Below, piece after piece: positions 11,167 through 24,483 of a stretch of DNA of 64,000 nucleotides. The notes below the pieces were generated by a model. That model was not told the origin of the DNA. It saw nothing but the letters and a program-made list of their open reading frames with translations, and did no database searches. A program made the translations under genes and the position numbers. The first letter of the stretch is position 1. Each line of letters begins with the position of its first letter. Source of the stretch: Octopus bimaculoides. Taxonomy: Eukaryota. The stretch is taken from positions 63,825,196 through 63,889,195 of the forward strand of contig NC_068984.1 of assembly GCF_001194135.2 (NCBI RefSeq). Reading direction: 5' to 3'.

Positions 11167-13420
11167 TGTGAAGTCTCTCATAAGTGGTGCTAATAACGTA
11201 GTATCCAGTATAAACTATTGCATTGCCACGTCGTCTGTGACTAAGCTGCCACTCTCAGTAGGCTTGCCTGGTTTGGAACGTTGCTAGAGATCCAGCTGGA
11301 CGAAGAACAAGACCTGTCAAAAGTTCAAATGACTATCTAGCAATACCACGGTCACTCAGAAATTATGGCAGGTATCCGGCTTGTGGAAGTCCACTGTGAG
11401 AGAGACACATGTTAGCATATGCCGGGAAGGACGTTCAACATTTTGGGGATCTTTTGCTTGAGGTTATGGTGCTCCAACATTCCTGAGTCTGCTACTCATA
11501 TTGGCATTGAATATCTTGATCTGGATTGTCTGTGCATCATGTCAATAGGGTGGATTGGGCCTTTCTGGTTCTGCACAAGCCTTATTGGACCTAAAAGTTT
11601 AGGTTGTGCAATTACCAGCGACGTGACTCTCCAGTGCCCAGTCGAGTAGAAGTCAGTGTTGTTTTTGCACTGAATGCTGTCAAGAGGTGCTTTTGCAGCG
11701 GTCTTGAATTGAAGAACGTTGAGGGTGCGACTGTAAGGTAGGCATCTATTTTTTGAGGAGATTTAATGGGGTTTTGTTGTTTTATATTGTTTTTCTTTTT
11801 ACAAATAAGAATTTCTCACTGGGTCCCGGAAATTTGTCTGTCTGCAGTCGGGCTAAGTGACTTACTTAGCCGTGGGAATCGTTGTTTGGGAGCGTGTCTC
11901 ACCTCCAAAAAAAAAGGTGTGGAATTTTACCAGAAATTGAGGATTTTACTAAAAATTTGTGAATTTCGTCAAAATTGTACCTATTTGTGGAGCTCTGTTC
12001 TTGCTGATGGATTACCTTAAGCCAGGAGTACTGTCGGCCGGAATTGTGCTTTATTCTGCTATGTTTTGAACTGTCTTCCTTTTCTTCTATTTTCTTTTTT
12101 GTTTTGTCTTCGAACTCTTTTTGAACTTTGCTTTCAACTTTTTGTTCTCAAACATGACAAAGAAAGATGATAAGGTTTTGGAGTGAGAAATTGCCCCACC
12201 CAAACAGTGGATAAAATGTCTTGAGGAGAGGACGGTGGTGCTTCGAACGTACTCCAAGTCGCTTGACACCATCGCCCCCTTTAAAAAAAGTTGATATCTA
12301 GAGAGAGTTGGCGGAATATATGCCAACTATAAAATTTATTTCCAGGGATGTCAAATATGCGACGGTATGGTTGCTATTTGACACCCCTGAAGAGGTTTGA
12401 AATTCTTCAAGTTAGCCCTTAAAGGGCGAAGAGATATTGTTTCTTCCCACGTAATGTTCATAATATATAAATGAACATATACAATAAGGATAAAATAATA
12501 AATACCAAGCAAGCATGGAACGGTTTGTCATTTTTTGTTGCATTAAAGATTGCGCGAAGAAGTTGACAAGGGCTTGGGTCTGCGGTTTGCCACCCGGAAT
12601 AGAACCCGAGTGGATGGAAGACACTATCTGCCGGGGTCTGGGTGGCAGCGGAGCCAAGCTCCTCAATGTCAAAATTTTTCCTGCGGCTGATTGGATGGGG
12701 TCTGTGGACTCAATCAGCCAACAATCTGTTGTTTCCAGATTTTCTTAAAATGGCCGGTTGTAAGTATCACCTGTGCCTGGAAACAGGACACATTAAAAAA
12801 ACTATCCCAAGCACCAAGATAAGGTCTTGGACCACTTAGTGATGAAAGAACCTCCATCTCCTCCTTCGGAGGGAGAAATAGAGGCAGTGAAGACCTCCCC
12901 GAAAAATGGTGAAAAAGGAAGAAGGTGAGCAACAATTGTCACCCACCGAAGTGCCCCAAGGCTGCGGGAGGGAGGGAAGATCCACCGGTTAAAGCAGAAG
13001 AACTACACCCTCCCGTAGCAAAGGGGAGAAAATAGAAGAAAAACGGGACAGTGCCAGTGGTTAATGCACTGTCGGCATGTTCCGAAGACCCGTCGATGGA
13101 AATTTGTGCCACCGATGGTGGAAGTTGTGGCCTCGACCCAATGGAGAAACAATATTTGGTCTTCTACCACAGGGGAGATGCGATGGGAAAGTTTACTAAA
13201 ACGTTTGCCAGGGGAGGAGACATAACCAGCATTAAAGATCTTGGATAGCCTCCACAGGTAGCTGTGGAGGTCATCTTAGATACGAATTACGGTCTCCTTC
13301 CCAGATGTATTCAGCGTCCGATTAAGGCACCCTGAGCTGGCACTATCGGAGTGCTTGACTGACGCTTTGAGCCTGGTAGGGTGCTGGCGGGGCGGAACAT
13401 TTTAAAATTAAGAAGATGAG
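11167..13420 (+). mobile_element. Fragmented Tx1-like (L1 clade) LINE pieces: ORF2 C-terminal region followed by ORF1 with zinc knuckle
   Basis: GC-richer island; CQ*GGLGL motif near 11540; WVCGLPPGIEPEW at about 12575; degenerate CCHC knuckle (Y)HLCLETGHIKKN(Y)P near 12765-12810; many stops. Confidence 0.55.
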
Positions 13421-14463
13421 TGCCTCATACTGAAGGAGCATATAACCCGTAAGAGAAAATGTAAGAGGCCTAGTGTATCATTTTAAAGGACATAGTGTCA
13501 TTTTTGGTAAGAGGTTTAGTGCCTCATTGTAAGGACCTTGAGTCCGAATGGAACATTAGTAAAAGGTTTATTACCTCAAATTGTATGTTGGTAAAGAACA
13601 ATGTTTTAGAGAAGCAGAGATCGGCGGGCGTCTTCTGCCTTCCCTCATTAATACCATTTTTTCATCATTCATCTCATTAATGTTATTGTCCAACCTGCAG
13701 TTACTACTTCTATGTAATGCCTTAGTGGCAAATTGAATGAAATAGAGTAGGAGGACGCCACGGCTAGCATAGAAGCTGTGTATTGGAAGCCATGAGTAGT
13801 CGACTGGTGGTGCAATAACCTCATGCAGGAGCATTCCTGCCATCCCCATGGGCAATGGTCAGTGATTTTCTTCCTCAGATACGAGTGGATAGCAATATTA
13901 TATAAATATATAACATATATACCGTTCAATCACATGTAACCATCCTTACGTAATATTTCATTATATGAGAAATTCGATAGGTTGGCTAGAGAAATACCAA
14001 GGATGTAAAGATTTGTGTGGAAAGAAAACCTCACGGATATAATAACACACATCACGCATTTAATAACAAATCCCTACACGGTAGTACTACTTAGATACGT
14101 TTAAATTGAAAATCTTTCATTCTTACTCTTTTCATAAATTACGCTTATAGTTGTCTGGTGCGATTCACTGAGTTTTGTTTATAACAGAAGCCAGTGATTT
14201 TTAATGCGTAAATAAATTTAATCGAAGCAATGATGAACGTATATGTCTCTGTTTTCTATAGTGCATTTTAAATACTGATTCAAATCTCAACCTGTAGGAG
14301 AAACAAAATTATTAGAAAAGAATTGTTGCGGACACCAAATCTGCAAACATGCGTCTGAAGTTTTCTACTTCATAATCACTGGCATGGTGTACTACGTATA
14401 CTGCGAATGTTTGGCAATGACATATGAATTGTGTTTTCTAATGCCATGTGGTAATAAGCGTAC

Positions 14464-14630
14464 TTTCCAAGCGCATTGCTCCGAGTTCTGCTCTACTGCG
14501 TGACATCTTGGGCATTTCTTCTGCTATATTGCCGGGATTATCAAAGCCTTGTGAATGGATTCCGTCTCCGTCTACGAAATCCATTCCTGCAATCTACCGC
14601 TTCGACAAAGAAGACCGATTGAATAAGTAC
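14464..14630 (-). CDS. Candidate exon containing ATG at 14584 (MDFVDGDGIHSQGFDNPGNIAEEMPKMSRSRAELGAMRLE)
   Basis: Acceptor ttttttagtccag, Kozak-like ggaATGg, weak donor A|gtacgc, GC-richer non-repeat island, strong downstream acceptor near 14292. Confidence 0.3.
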
Positions 14631-15338
14631 CTGGACTAAAAAATTTGATTGGCTTAACCCTATAAGAGACCAATGACTAACGCAAGTAAATGACAAAAGA
14701 TGAAAGATCCATATCTTTGGAAGGTATGGAGTATGTATATGTTATCGATGGTTCATACTGCATGAATTCTCTGTTTTAGAGGAAACTTTCATTGAGATGA
14801 AAACAATCATTGCAAAAATATGAAAAGAGCAAAAAGAAAAATGCTTAAGTATAATATTTTGCAAGGAAACAGATTATTTAAGCATACATCGTTCCATAAT
14901 TTGCTGTATTATATAATATATTTTAAATGTTGTTGGAACAATTCTGCAGCATTTCAAGAAACGTAATAATGTATTTCAGCAATTTCTTTTCTACAACATT
15001 TTTATTAATGAATTTTTCATTCCAAATATTTTCTGGTACTCGATTATTCAAACGATTGATTGAGGCCAGCAGTTCTAAAACATATCGACAGAGGCATTTG
15101 TAGACAAATAAAAATATTAGTCATTGATATTTGACTGGTTTCATTCATCTGTTTAAATGTTATTCTGAGAACGCATGATATATTCGTCTATTACATGCAC
15201 AATTACGCAATGTATTCATATTTTTTGTACTATATGAGCAACCATAAACGAGCAATAAAGACTGAGATTTTTATACTGTCTTTACTTCATGAAAACTGAT
15301 AGAATTTTATTTCAGTATCTACATGTCTTTCAACTTAC

Positions 15339-15554
15339 GACAATTCCAGTATGATGGAAATAAACGATTTTCAACTAATCGGTAACCGAATATTTCTCGA
15401 TGGATTTGTCTGAACAATTCGTCTTGAAATAGATAATTTCGATCTAATGCCACACATTTAAAAGTCATTAATATGGTTTTATATATCTCGGAGAGACGAT
15501 GACTACGTCTTTCAAATTCATCAATGCAGTGCAATATGAGTTCAATGAAGGTCG
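15339..15554 (-). CDS. Candidate 216-nt symmetric (phase 1-1) coding exon
   Basis: Open frame TFIELILHCIDEFERRSHRLSEIYKT...LFRQIHREIFGYRLVENRLFPSYWNC; donor C|gtaagt; modest acceptor atatcaag. Confidence 0.35.
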
Positions 15555-16361
15555 CTTGATATTAAGTAGAGCTACATTAATCACATATTACAGACTTTCG
15601 GAATTTTCAAGACAATATCGTATATGATAACTTGTTACAAATACTTCTATATGTATTGAGGAAGTTTCAAATATGTACTGGTTAACATAGCTTCTTTTCC
15701 ACCTCATGGATCTACCATATCCTCAAAAATAGTCACATATTGAAAAAAGACATTCAAATTTCAATCGGCATGAAGAACATAAAAAGAATAGCAAGAACAT
15801 TTGCATATCTATAGAGGAATATACATTGTGCGTAACGTATAATAGAAAAGATGAATTTGAAACATTGTTTTCAAGCAGGTTTTGGCAAGCAATCAAATGA
15901 AGACTACTAAGTGCATTTCAATTTAATTCTATAAGTCTAAGAATATATTTGCTTACCTCTTATAAAGTTGCTTTGCTGTTTCTTTTTCTTTTGAAAATAG
16001 GTGATATTAATTCGAACGCTTGAAGTAGAATCCTCTTCTAATAAAATACATGTGCATATTATTAGAATTGCACAAGTTCACCATTCTATACATATAGATG
16101 TAAGAGTCTGTATACACACAAAATACGTACACACATGTAAGTATACATATATATATATATTATATATATANNNNNNNNNNNNNNNNNNNNNNNNNNNNNN
16201 NNNNNNNNNNNNNNNNNNNNNNNNNNNNNNNNNNNNNNNNNNNNNNNNNNNNNNNNNNNNNNNNNNNNNNNNNNNNNNNNNNNNNNNNNNNNNNNNNNNN
16301 NNNNNNNNNNNNNNNNNNNNNNNNNNNNNNNNNNNNNNNNNNNNNNNNNNNNNNNNNNNNN

Positions 16362-16673
16362 ACAATCACTCCGTTGGTGAGCCCTCAAGTGACTTTGAAG
16401 TCCGGCTGCTGAGCGACAAGGTCTACAGCACAGATGACAAATGTTCAGGCCTCTCGATCCTTGCCCGCTGGTATCTGATTCTAAGGGAACGCTTCTGTGA
16501 ACCAGCATATGTCTCTTAAGTCCGGGTATTGTTTTACAAACCGTGTGACATATGCCACAGGTCACAGAAAGCGGTTGGTATTTAGGGTGTCTGGAATTTC
16601 TACCCTCATGTGTTTTCATGTGATTCACATATCCTGCTTTTGACAGAAGAACGCGATCACACACAATACACAT
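16362..16673 (-). mobile_element. Three C2H2-type zinc fingers, most likely the ORF C-terminus of an RTE-like LINE
   Basis: CIVC..GYVNHMKTH, CGIC..GLKRHMLVH, CHLC..GLQSHLRAH; no TGEKP linkers; truncated by a SINE on one side and a gap on the other. Confidence 0.55.
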
Positions 16674-16727
16674 CCTATACTCTCCATTGTTTACAATGTT
16701 TCACTTTCGACAGCCCCGCTTAAGCTC

Positions 16728-16759
<32 letters not shown>

Positions 16760-16762
16760 CAG

Positions 16763-17120
16763 ATGGTCCCGGGTTCAGTCCCATTGCGTGGCACCTTGGG
16801 CAAGTGTTTTCGACTCTAGCCTCGGGCCGACCAGAACCTTGTGAGTGGATTTGGTAGACGGTAACCAAAAGAAGCCCGTCGTATATATTTGTGCGTGTGT
16901 GTGCGTATGTTTGTGTGCCGGTGTTTGTCCACCCCCAGCATCGCTTGACATCCGATGGTGGTGTGTCTACGTCCCCGCAACTTAGAAGTTCGGCAAAAGA
17001 AACCGATAATATAAGTACCAGGCATACAAAGAATAAATCCCGGGGTCGATTTTTTCGACTAAAGCCAGGTGGTCCAGCATAGGCGCAGTCAAATGACTGA
17101 AACAAGCAGAAGAGTTAAAG
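16763..17120 (+). mobile_element. tRNA-type SINE, family A (5'-truncated), preceded by (GATA)n
   Basis: ggttcagtccca.tgcgtggcaccttgggcaag head, internal TG tract, ggtcgatt..cgactaaag..ccagcat..cgcagtcaaatgactgaaac tail; matches 42081-42527. Confidence 0.9.
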
Positions 17121-18144
17121 ATTATATATATATATATATTTACATATGCAGATATAGGGCAGGGAATTGCCAATTAGTTAATAAAATTAATAATTAACAA
17201 TTTTGCCAAGTAGTTCAGTATGCAAAAAAAACCTTTATCGGTAAAATATTTATAATTATAAATATATAGGGATCAGCATGAAATTGCTTCACCAACATAC
17301 TGAAAATTTAGAAATAGCAGTCAAAGAACTACTAATTCCAAAATACATTTTTTTCTCTAACGGATGGCGATATCTATGGCACACATAGAACAAAAACAGA
17401 AGAGAAAATAAAAACAAACTTGCCTTTAGTTAATCATGCACGACGTTTCGTGATTAAGAATATAAAATTCATTCTTTTCAACTCTTCAGCATGATGCACT
17501 CAATNNNNNNNNNNNNNNNNNNNNNNNNNNNNNNNNNNNNNNNNNNNNNNNNNNNNNNNNNNNNNNNNNNNNNNNNNNNNNNNNNNNNNNNNNNNNNNNN
17601 NNNNNNNNNNNNNNNNNNNNNNNNNNNNNNNNNNNNNNNNNNNNNNNNNNNNNNNNNNNNNNNNNNNNNNNNNNNNNNNNNNNNNNNNNNNNNNNNNNNN
17701 NNNNNNNNNNNNNNNNNNNNNNNNNNNNNNNNNNNNNNNNNNNNNNNNNNNNNNNNNNNNNNNNNNNNNNNNNNNNNNNNNNNNNNNNNNNNNNNNNNNN
17801 NNNNNNNNNNNNNNNNNNNNNNNNNNNNNNNNNNNNNNNNNNNNNNNNNNNNNNNNNNNNNNNNNNNNNNNNNNNNNNNNNNNNNNNNNNNNNNNNNNNN
17901 NNNNNNNNNNNNNNNNNNNNNNNNNNNNNNNNNNNNNNATATAACCACACGAACACACTACAATGCATCCCGGCGTTGCCCGGCTGTTATGACTCCTTTC
18001 TTATGAGCAGCATCAGCAGAGCTGATATATAGTGAACTAAATTTCTGCCGTAATGGAAGCTACTGTTTGTTTAAAAGTGAATGGGGAGGGTACAATTTCC
18101 ATGGGTTTATATGAAAGTTGTTTCTGTTCTTAAGAAAGAATACA

Positions 18145-18787
18145 AACTATGTTTTGCCCCAAAATCACATTTTCAAAATGTTAGTTTCCTCCCGTCCCCG
18201 CCACTAACTCTTAATTTGTAACTTTTTTACAATTTTTCTTTTGTTTTTATCCATGTAGAAAAATTCAGGGATTACGAATCTGGGAAATATATCTTTTTTT
18301 TAAATTTAGTTTTTTCTTAACGAAACACTCAGTGTCCCTTCCCTCACTGCGCCGACCCATCAAAAAGCTAAAAACACCTAATGTTTCATTTTCGTCTGAT
18401 CTTTCACGCATACGAACAATTGTACTGAATTAGTAGACGTGAAAACTATCAGAGCACTACCAGTAAAACCGACATTCTAGAAAGAAGAGTTAAACGACAT
18501 TATTTCTGAATAAATTTCCTTGCTTTCCAAGCATCTAAAGCTGAAACATTGAGAATTTGTAGCTATTCGGAAGTGGGGAGGTGATGGGTGGATGTTTGGA
18601 AAGGAAATTTTAGTGTTTCTTTAAGTAAAAACAAAGAAAATTCTTAAAGATTCGTACTCTGTCTTTCTTTTTCTTCATGGGTTACGAAGAAAAAATGTTC
18701 CAAATTTTTTGAAAAAAATGAAGAAACTGAGATGGGGAGTGAGAAAATCAAAACATTGAGAACGTGCTTTTTGGGATGAAATCTTAA
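18145..18787. mobile_element. Degenerate MITE/fold-back element with long inverted arms (about 18145-18395 / 18538-18787)
   Basis: Collinear inverted blocks: ccaaaa.cac.tt.tcaa, ccatg.agaaaaa, tacgaatct, ttaa.gaaacact, acccatc, tgaaacatt. Confidence 0.65.
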
Positions 18788-19299
18788 TCGCCTATATTGA
18801 AAGTATAGGAATCGTAAGAAATTTATGAAAAAAAATCACGGACGAAGCGCAAATGTCACCTCGGATATGCTAGAAAGAACAAGTAAAGGACGGGATTTCT
18901 GGGAGAACATCCCTTAAAATTTATATCGAAATAAGCTTTTCAAATACACTCATTACCAACATGAGTTACAGAATAGAAAAAGCTGATTTCAATTGGATTT
19001 AAGCTGTAATTTTGTGCGTGCACAAAGCAACAAATAACATAATTCATACAGAAGTTTTATCTAGAGCGTGTGTGTGCGTGTTTTGCATGTGTGTATGTGT
19101 CCGTGCGCGTGTGTAAGTGTTCGGGTGCGTGTGTATGTGCCAAAGGAAGTTATTTTATGGCAGTCTTTCGTTTAAAGCGGGAAAGTTGTCAACTCGATCA
19201 TATGGCCCGGCATGTAGGGTCATATGATTGTTCATCAATTTCCGTAATTAGTTTTCATTTCTTTATGATTTGAAGAGAGCAGAAATTGAAAGAGAGGAG

Positions 19300-19371
19300 A
19301 AAGTGAAGGATATATCTACGTGCATATGAAATGGACATGTGTATGTATGTGTGCATGTGTGTCTGTGTGTG

Positions 19372-19412
<41 letters not shown>

Positions 19413-19564
19413 GTGTGTAAGTGAGTGAGTGAGTGAACGTGTGTTTGTCATGTACGTATTTTTTGTATGTATGTGTAAGTGGCACTCACTCTCTCTATAT
19501 ATATTTCACACACACGCGTACACACATTAGAAAGTGAAAGATATATGTACATGTATACGAAATG

Positions 19565-19600
<36 letters not shown>

Positions 19601-19715
19601 TGTGTGTGTATATATACTTGTGTGTGTGTGCTTTTGTACATGTGCGTGAGAGAAAGAAAGAGTGAGTGAGTGAAGGTGTGTATTGCTATGCATGTGTAAG
19701 TGGCACTAACTCGGT
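19300..19715. repeat. Diverged tandem duplication (period about 220 bp) of a microsatellite-rich unit
   Basis: aaagtgaa.gatatat, gaaatggac.tgtgt, gagtgagtgagtgaa and gtgtaagtggcact each occur twice in order. Confidence 0.75.
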
Positions 19716-19899
19716 CTCTGTCTCTGTCTCATATATACATACATAAATACACATGCATACATTTTTGTATATACGTGTACGTTTGCGTGTGAGAGAGAGA
19801 CTGTATTTTTTCATAACATAGAGAAATGAATGTCTTTTAAAATACGCACTCTTATATAAAATGTGACGTTGTCGTCGTTATCGCCGTGGTATAAAATGT

Positions 19900-20175
19900 T
19901 TACGATAGTTGACATATAGAAAAGATTATAATGTAATCCTCATTGTGTCACATTTTCCTGAACCTGGATATTTTTGCACCCCTCTCATTTTATCATCTAA
20001 TAGCCCATCCACCGTAGTCGGTCCATTATCGATTTTTTATTGAAATCTAATGAGCCTATAATTGAATTTGATGTTAGATCAACATGTCGATTGATGACGA
20101 TTGGTTCCGTGGTTTGGGCAGCAAGATGGGAAAAGACTGACAGACAGACAGAATTTGCCGTTTATATATAGGATA
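19900..20175 (+). mobile_element. Possible non-autonomous Helitron/HINE-like element
   Basis: Ends in gacagacagacagaatttgccgtttatatatag, an arrangement recalled for DINE/HINE-type elements; termini not verified. Confidence 0.25.
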
Positions 20176-20293
20176 GATAGATAAATATATAGATAGATAT
20201 GTAAATGTGTGTTTGTGTGTGTATATGTGTGCGTGTGTGTATGTATGTATATGTAGACACGTATATTATGTTGTGTTAATAATTCTCTATCTT

Positions 20294-20294
<1 letters not shown>

Positions 20295-20340
<46 letters not shown>
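20295..20340. repeat. (TATC)n microsatellite
   Basis: Direct reading. Confidence 0.95.
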
Positions 20341-20341
<1 letters not shown>

Positions 20342-21564
20342 ACTATACATATATTATCACTGTGAGTTACTGCAAATGTATATATCAAAGCCTTCAAGAT
20401 ATATCTTTATTTTGTGAAGTTAATTGCGAAAAGAAAATTAAGAAGAATAAACACCGAAGATATATATATAAAAGCCTGTGCTCAGAAATCATCTGGAACC
20501 ACATTTTTGTTAAGTAGAATTCAGCAACAAATCTCGTCTGGTTTATTGTTATACCGTTATAGAAAATTATATTGTTGGAAAATCAAGTAGTTTTGTAAAT
20601 TTCAATAATATCTTCATAAATAAATATTTCAAAACTATACGAAGTTATTTCTTTGGATAACTCTTTGTCCTACAAAGTTATTTGTTTTCCTTCGGTTATA
20701 TGAGTTTCGAGACATAGGACTCCTATTTTATAAGAAAAAATAAACTTAAATATAGCAAACTCCTCTAATGTATGATGCATTAGAACTATATAGCTTCTCT
20801 CTTTTTCTCAGATCTCCATTCATGATGTTATATATTTATCTTCGTGAAGCTGGAACGATTTCTTTATTACTCACTAATGTTGGAAATTAGACATTTATTA
20901 TATTTTCCATCTTGATTCTGGCTTATTGAATTTCTGTCTAGTCCAAAAAATAAATAAAAAAGATAAACCTCGGAATATGTTACTTATCATTATATTTTCT
21001 AGAAAACGATTCTTTCATAAATTAGGCATGAGAAAGACACATTTGAAACAGCTGCATTCATATTCTTTATTTGATAATTCACATAAAAAACAACTGTATA
21101 TAATATATTTTACGTAACTTCTTGTCCACAGAACTATACATTTAAATATGTTATAAAAAAAAAATCACTTGATATATGAGCACTAATATTTTACAATAAA
21201 ATACTCAACGTGAGGATAAGATATGAAATCTAACAAGCACCAAAGAGGAAGTTTGGCCGATTTATCTTCGCGTTCATCGAGAAAAAGTTGTATCTAAAAT
21301 GAACTATGCAATATGTTAAGGCGAAAGGTTGGTAATATTTTATAGCCTATTAAGTTAATATTGTCTTGATTTAGCATGTAAATTATGTTTCCGTAGTCAT
21401 TTGAACGGAATTTTTAAACTACAAAATTTAAATCTGAAGAATCTATTATTGTAGATGAAAGTGCTTATAAGTGATTTGTAAACACATATGACATGTTAAT
21501 AAATATTTGTATATATGTACAACCATCCAGATCTCTACCTTATTTTTTCTAATATACATATATA

Positions 21565-21712
21565 TACATATGTATGTATGTATGTATGCATGTATGTATG
21601 CATGTATGTATGTATGCATGTATGTATGGATGGATGTTTGTATGTATGTATGCATGTATGTATGGATGGATGGACGTTTGTATGTATGTGTGTATGTATG
21701 TTTGTGTGTGTA
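21565..21712. repeat. (TATG)/(TGGA) microsatellite
   Basis: Direct reading. Confidence 0.95.
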
Positions 21713-23175
21713 TACTTAGGACACGACTGTTTTTGTTAAACAAGAGTTCATTAAGATGGAAAATGTAAGCGTAATTTTCATCGGCAGGATAATAAAACGA
21801 AAACAAATGACAGACAGACCAAGTGTTGGAAGTGAATAGTTCTGTGCATGCACATTAGTATTTCGACCGAACATGCACTGTAACATTCGAAAGCAGAAAA
21901 AATTAATTATTTGTAAATATGAAATTAACATGAAAATTAAAATTTTAATTTAAATCAAAAATATATTTATATTTATACTAAAATTACTAGTACAGAACTA
22001 CTAGAGAAAATATTTTGTGCAAGCAATTTTGCAGAGATCGATAGAATTTTAGAAGTACCATTTCTACAACAACATTATGCTGATATATAAGCATGTAAGG
22101 CATCATGAATTCATATATATTTGTACGCAATACATTTTCCGGGACCTTAGGGAATCAGTGTTTGTACAGGTTTTTGCGTTCTATGCTCAATTAACGGCAA
22201 TCAATTGTTCCAGGTTGGTCTTATGCTGGACCGTGAAGGTCAAACCACTGTTACGTAACCACTAGTGTACCACTTTGTAGGTCGTGAACGCTAATGGCAG
22301 TGCGGCTGATGTAAAGAAGTGTTGGTGAAAATGCAAATAATTTTCGACTTTTCGTTTCCATTCTGTTATGATTTTTAAAAAAATACATTTTATATAAAAC
22401 TATGAAGTATATGTGTTACTGGTAATAATCAGATAATTCAGGCACCAGCTCTGTTTGACTTATTTCTCCTTTTAGCATAACACTTGACCTAGAAAGTCAT
22501 TTATGTTATTATATGTATGTATTAAGAGGGTATTTTCTGAGTTGACGAGAAGAAAAGCGGATGCGTATCAGCAGATTGAAATTTATTCAATTTATTGATT
22601 TTCTCTTCACTCAAGTGAGGAATGTTATTTCCTTTACCATATATTTCTGTTATATCTGTAATCTTGTACATCTATTTATCTTTCTTGATTTTATTGTATT
22701 AGAAATTATATGATATATAGCGTCTGTTATAATGTTAGCTTTATTTCAGAATATTGCTCCAGTTCCTTTAGGGATATGTTGTTAATATATTTCATGATTT
22801 CATGTAACGAGAACATAGTCACTGGCGAACAGCTAAGGGAAAAAATACGTTGTATTTATAGCAAGTGGTCGTACCTTGGAATTATCTGCGTATCTTTGCT
22901 CGAATGTAAACTGCCATATTGAACAGTGTATAATGGACAGGTTAATAATGGAGATTTTTTTTGTTGAGATATGGTGTGACGTGGAACCAACGCAAGTGTA
23001 CTGCAAAAGTGAGTTTTGTGTGGCATAAGTGGAAGACACACATATGCATATGTAATACAAGCATGCTCAAACAAGAACGTAAATACGCAAACACAATTAT
23101 ATGATGTATTCAAATAGGCAATTAGCATACACATTGATATGTGCACATACTCAGTGAGAACACAGAAACAATATG

Positions 23176-24439
23176 TACAAGGGGCGTAATGTACTTGAGG
23201 ACATAACTTTTGGGGGTCAATGCTGCGTTTTTTGTTAACATTGTATAATCTTTGTTTCAGAAAATGATAATGCCAGGCCCTCAGCTTAGTTACGATATGA
23301 AGAGGTATGCTGTTATTTCGGTTATAAAGGCTGAGAATAGCGATTTAAAAATATCTCGATTTTTAAAAGTTGCCAGATCTTTCGTCTACAAAGTTTGTGA
23401 GGAGCTAGAGATTGAAGATAGATAGAAACATATCAGCAGTTTCAAGGCATAAAAAGGAAAAAAGGATTCTAAACGTTCTGAAATCATCAGAACACTCAAA
23501 TTCACCCAGCAAGTTCAAAAAATCATTGATTACAATCCCAGAAAGTCCATGAGGTCAATTGCAAAATATCTCCATGTGTAAGAAGGAGCAGTCAGATATG
23601 ATATCCACGAAGATATCAGATATAAGTCTTATATGATGAGAAAAGGTCAATTTGTCAGAAAAAGCGAAAGAAAATCACTTCTTCGTATCTAAAAGGCTCT
23701 TAAGCAAACTGAAAAATCCAGCAGAAGAAAATTTGGTTTGTTTTTTCTCAAATGAGAAAAACTTCAACCAAGATCAAAACGTTACCAGAAGAAATGACAG
23801 AGGGTTATGTGCAGACCCTTCTGAAGTTCCAAGTGCTATGCATACAACATTTCTGCAACTGCCATGGTTTTAGGGGTTGTCAGCAATGAAGGACATGTGA
23901 TGCCTCCTCACTGCTTTCCACAAGGCTTTAGAGTTGACTCTACGAACTTCATTGAGTTCCTGGAAATAACTGTAAGCCCTGGATAGACAGTGTATGCAAT
24001 GAAAGGCCATATGTCTTTCAGTAGGACTCTGCACAATCACACATAGCTCTAGTAACACAGGAATGGATGGCTGAAAATTTTCCTGATCACATAACCCCTG
24101 ACATTCGGCCTCCTAATTCCCCAGATTTCAATCCATGTTGAGCGCTGTTGGGTGAGAGAGGTCAATGAACACGCCCATAACACCAAAAGTTCTTTGAAAG
24201 CTGCCATAATTAGAGTAATGCCCAAAATGAACCAGGACCACTTGAATCGAACTTGTAGATTATTTAGATCTCATATAGAAGAAATTGTTGACGCTGAAGA
24301 TAGCCTTATTGAATAACATTATAGAAACGAAGATTTATTTTTATCCTCATAGCATTTTTTTGATAAATGATGTTATTATCTGTTATATATATATATTTGT
24401 AAATGTAACTCTGTTCTCAAATATCTTACGCAACCTGTA
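23176..24439 (+). mobile_element. Near full-length, inactivated Tc1/mariner-superfamily transposon, maT/Bmmar1-like (DD37D)
   Basis: Degenerate TIRs with terminal TA (tacaaggggcgtaatgtacttgaggaca vs revcomp tacaggttgcgtaagatatttgagaaca); motifs FSNEKNFNQDQ, VLGVVSNEGHVMPPH, FQ*DSA, PPNSPDFNP; spacing puts the third catalytic position 37 aa after the second D; stops and frameshifts. Confidence 0.9.
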
Positions 24440-24483
24440 TGGATAGATGATAATCATTTCCTTGTTAATGTTTTAGTAAAATA

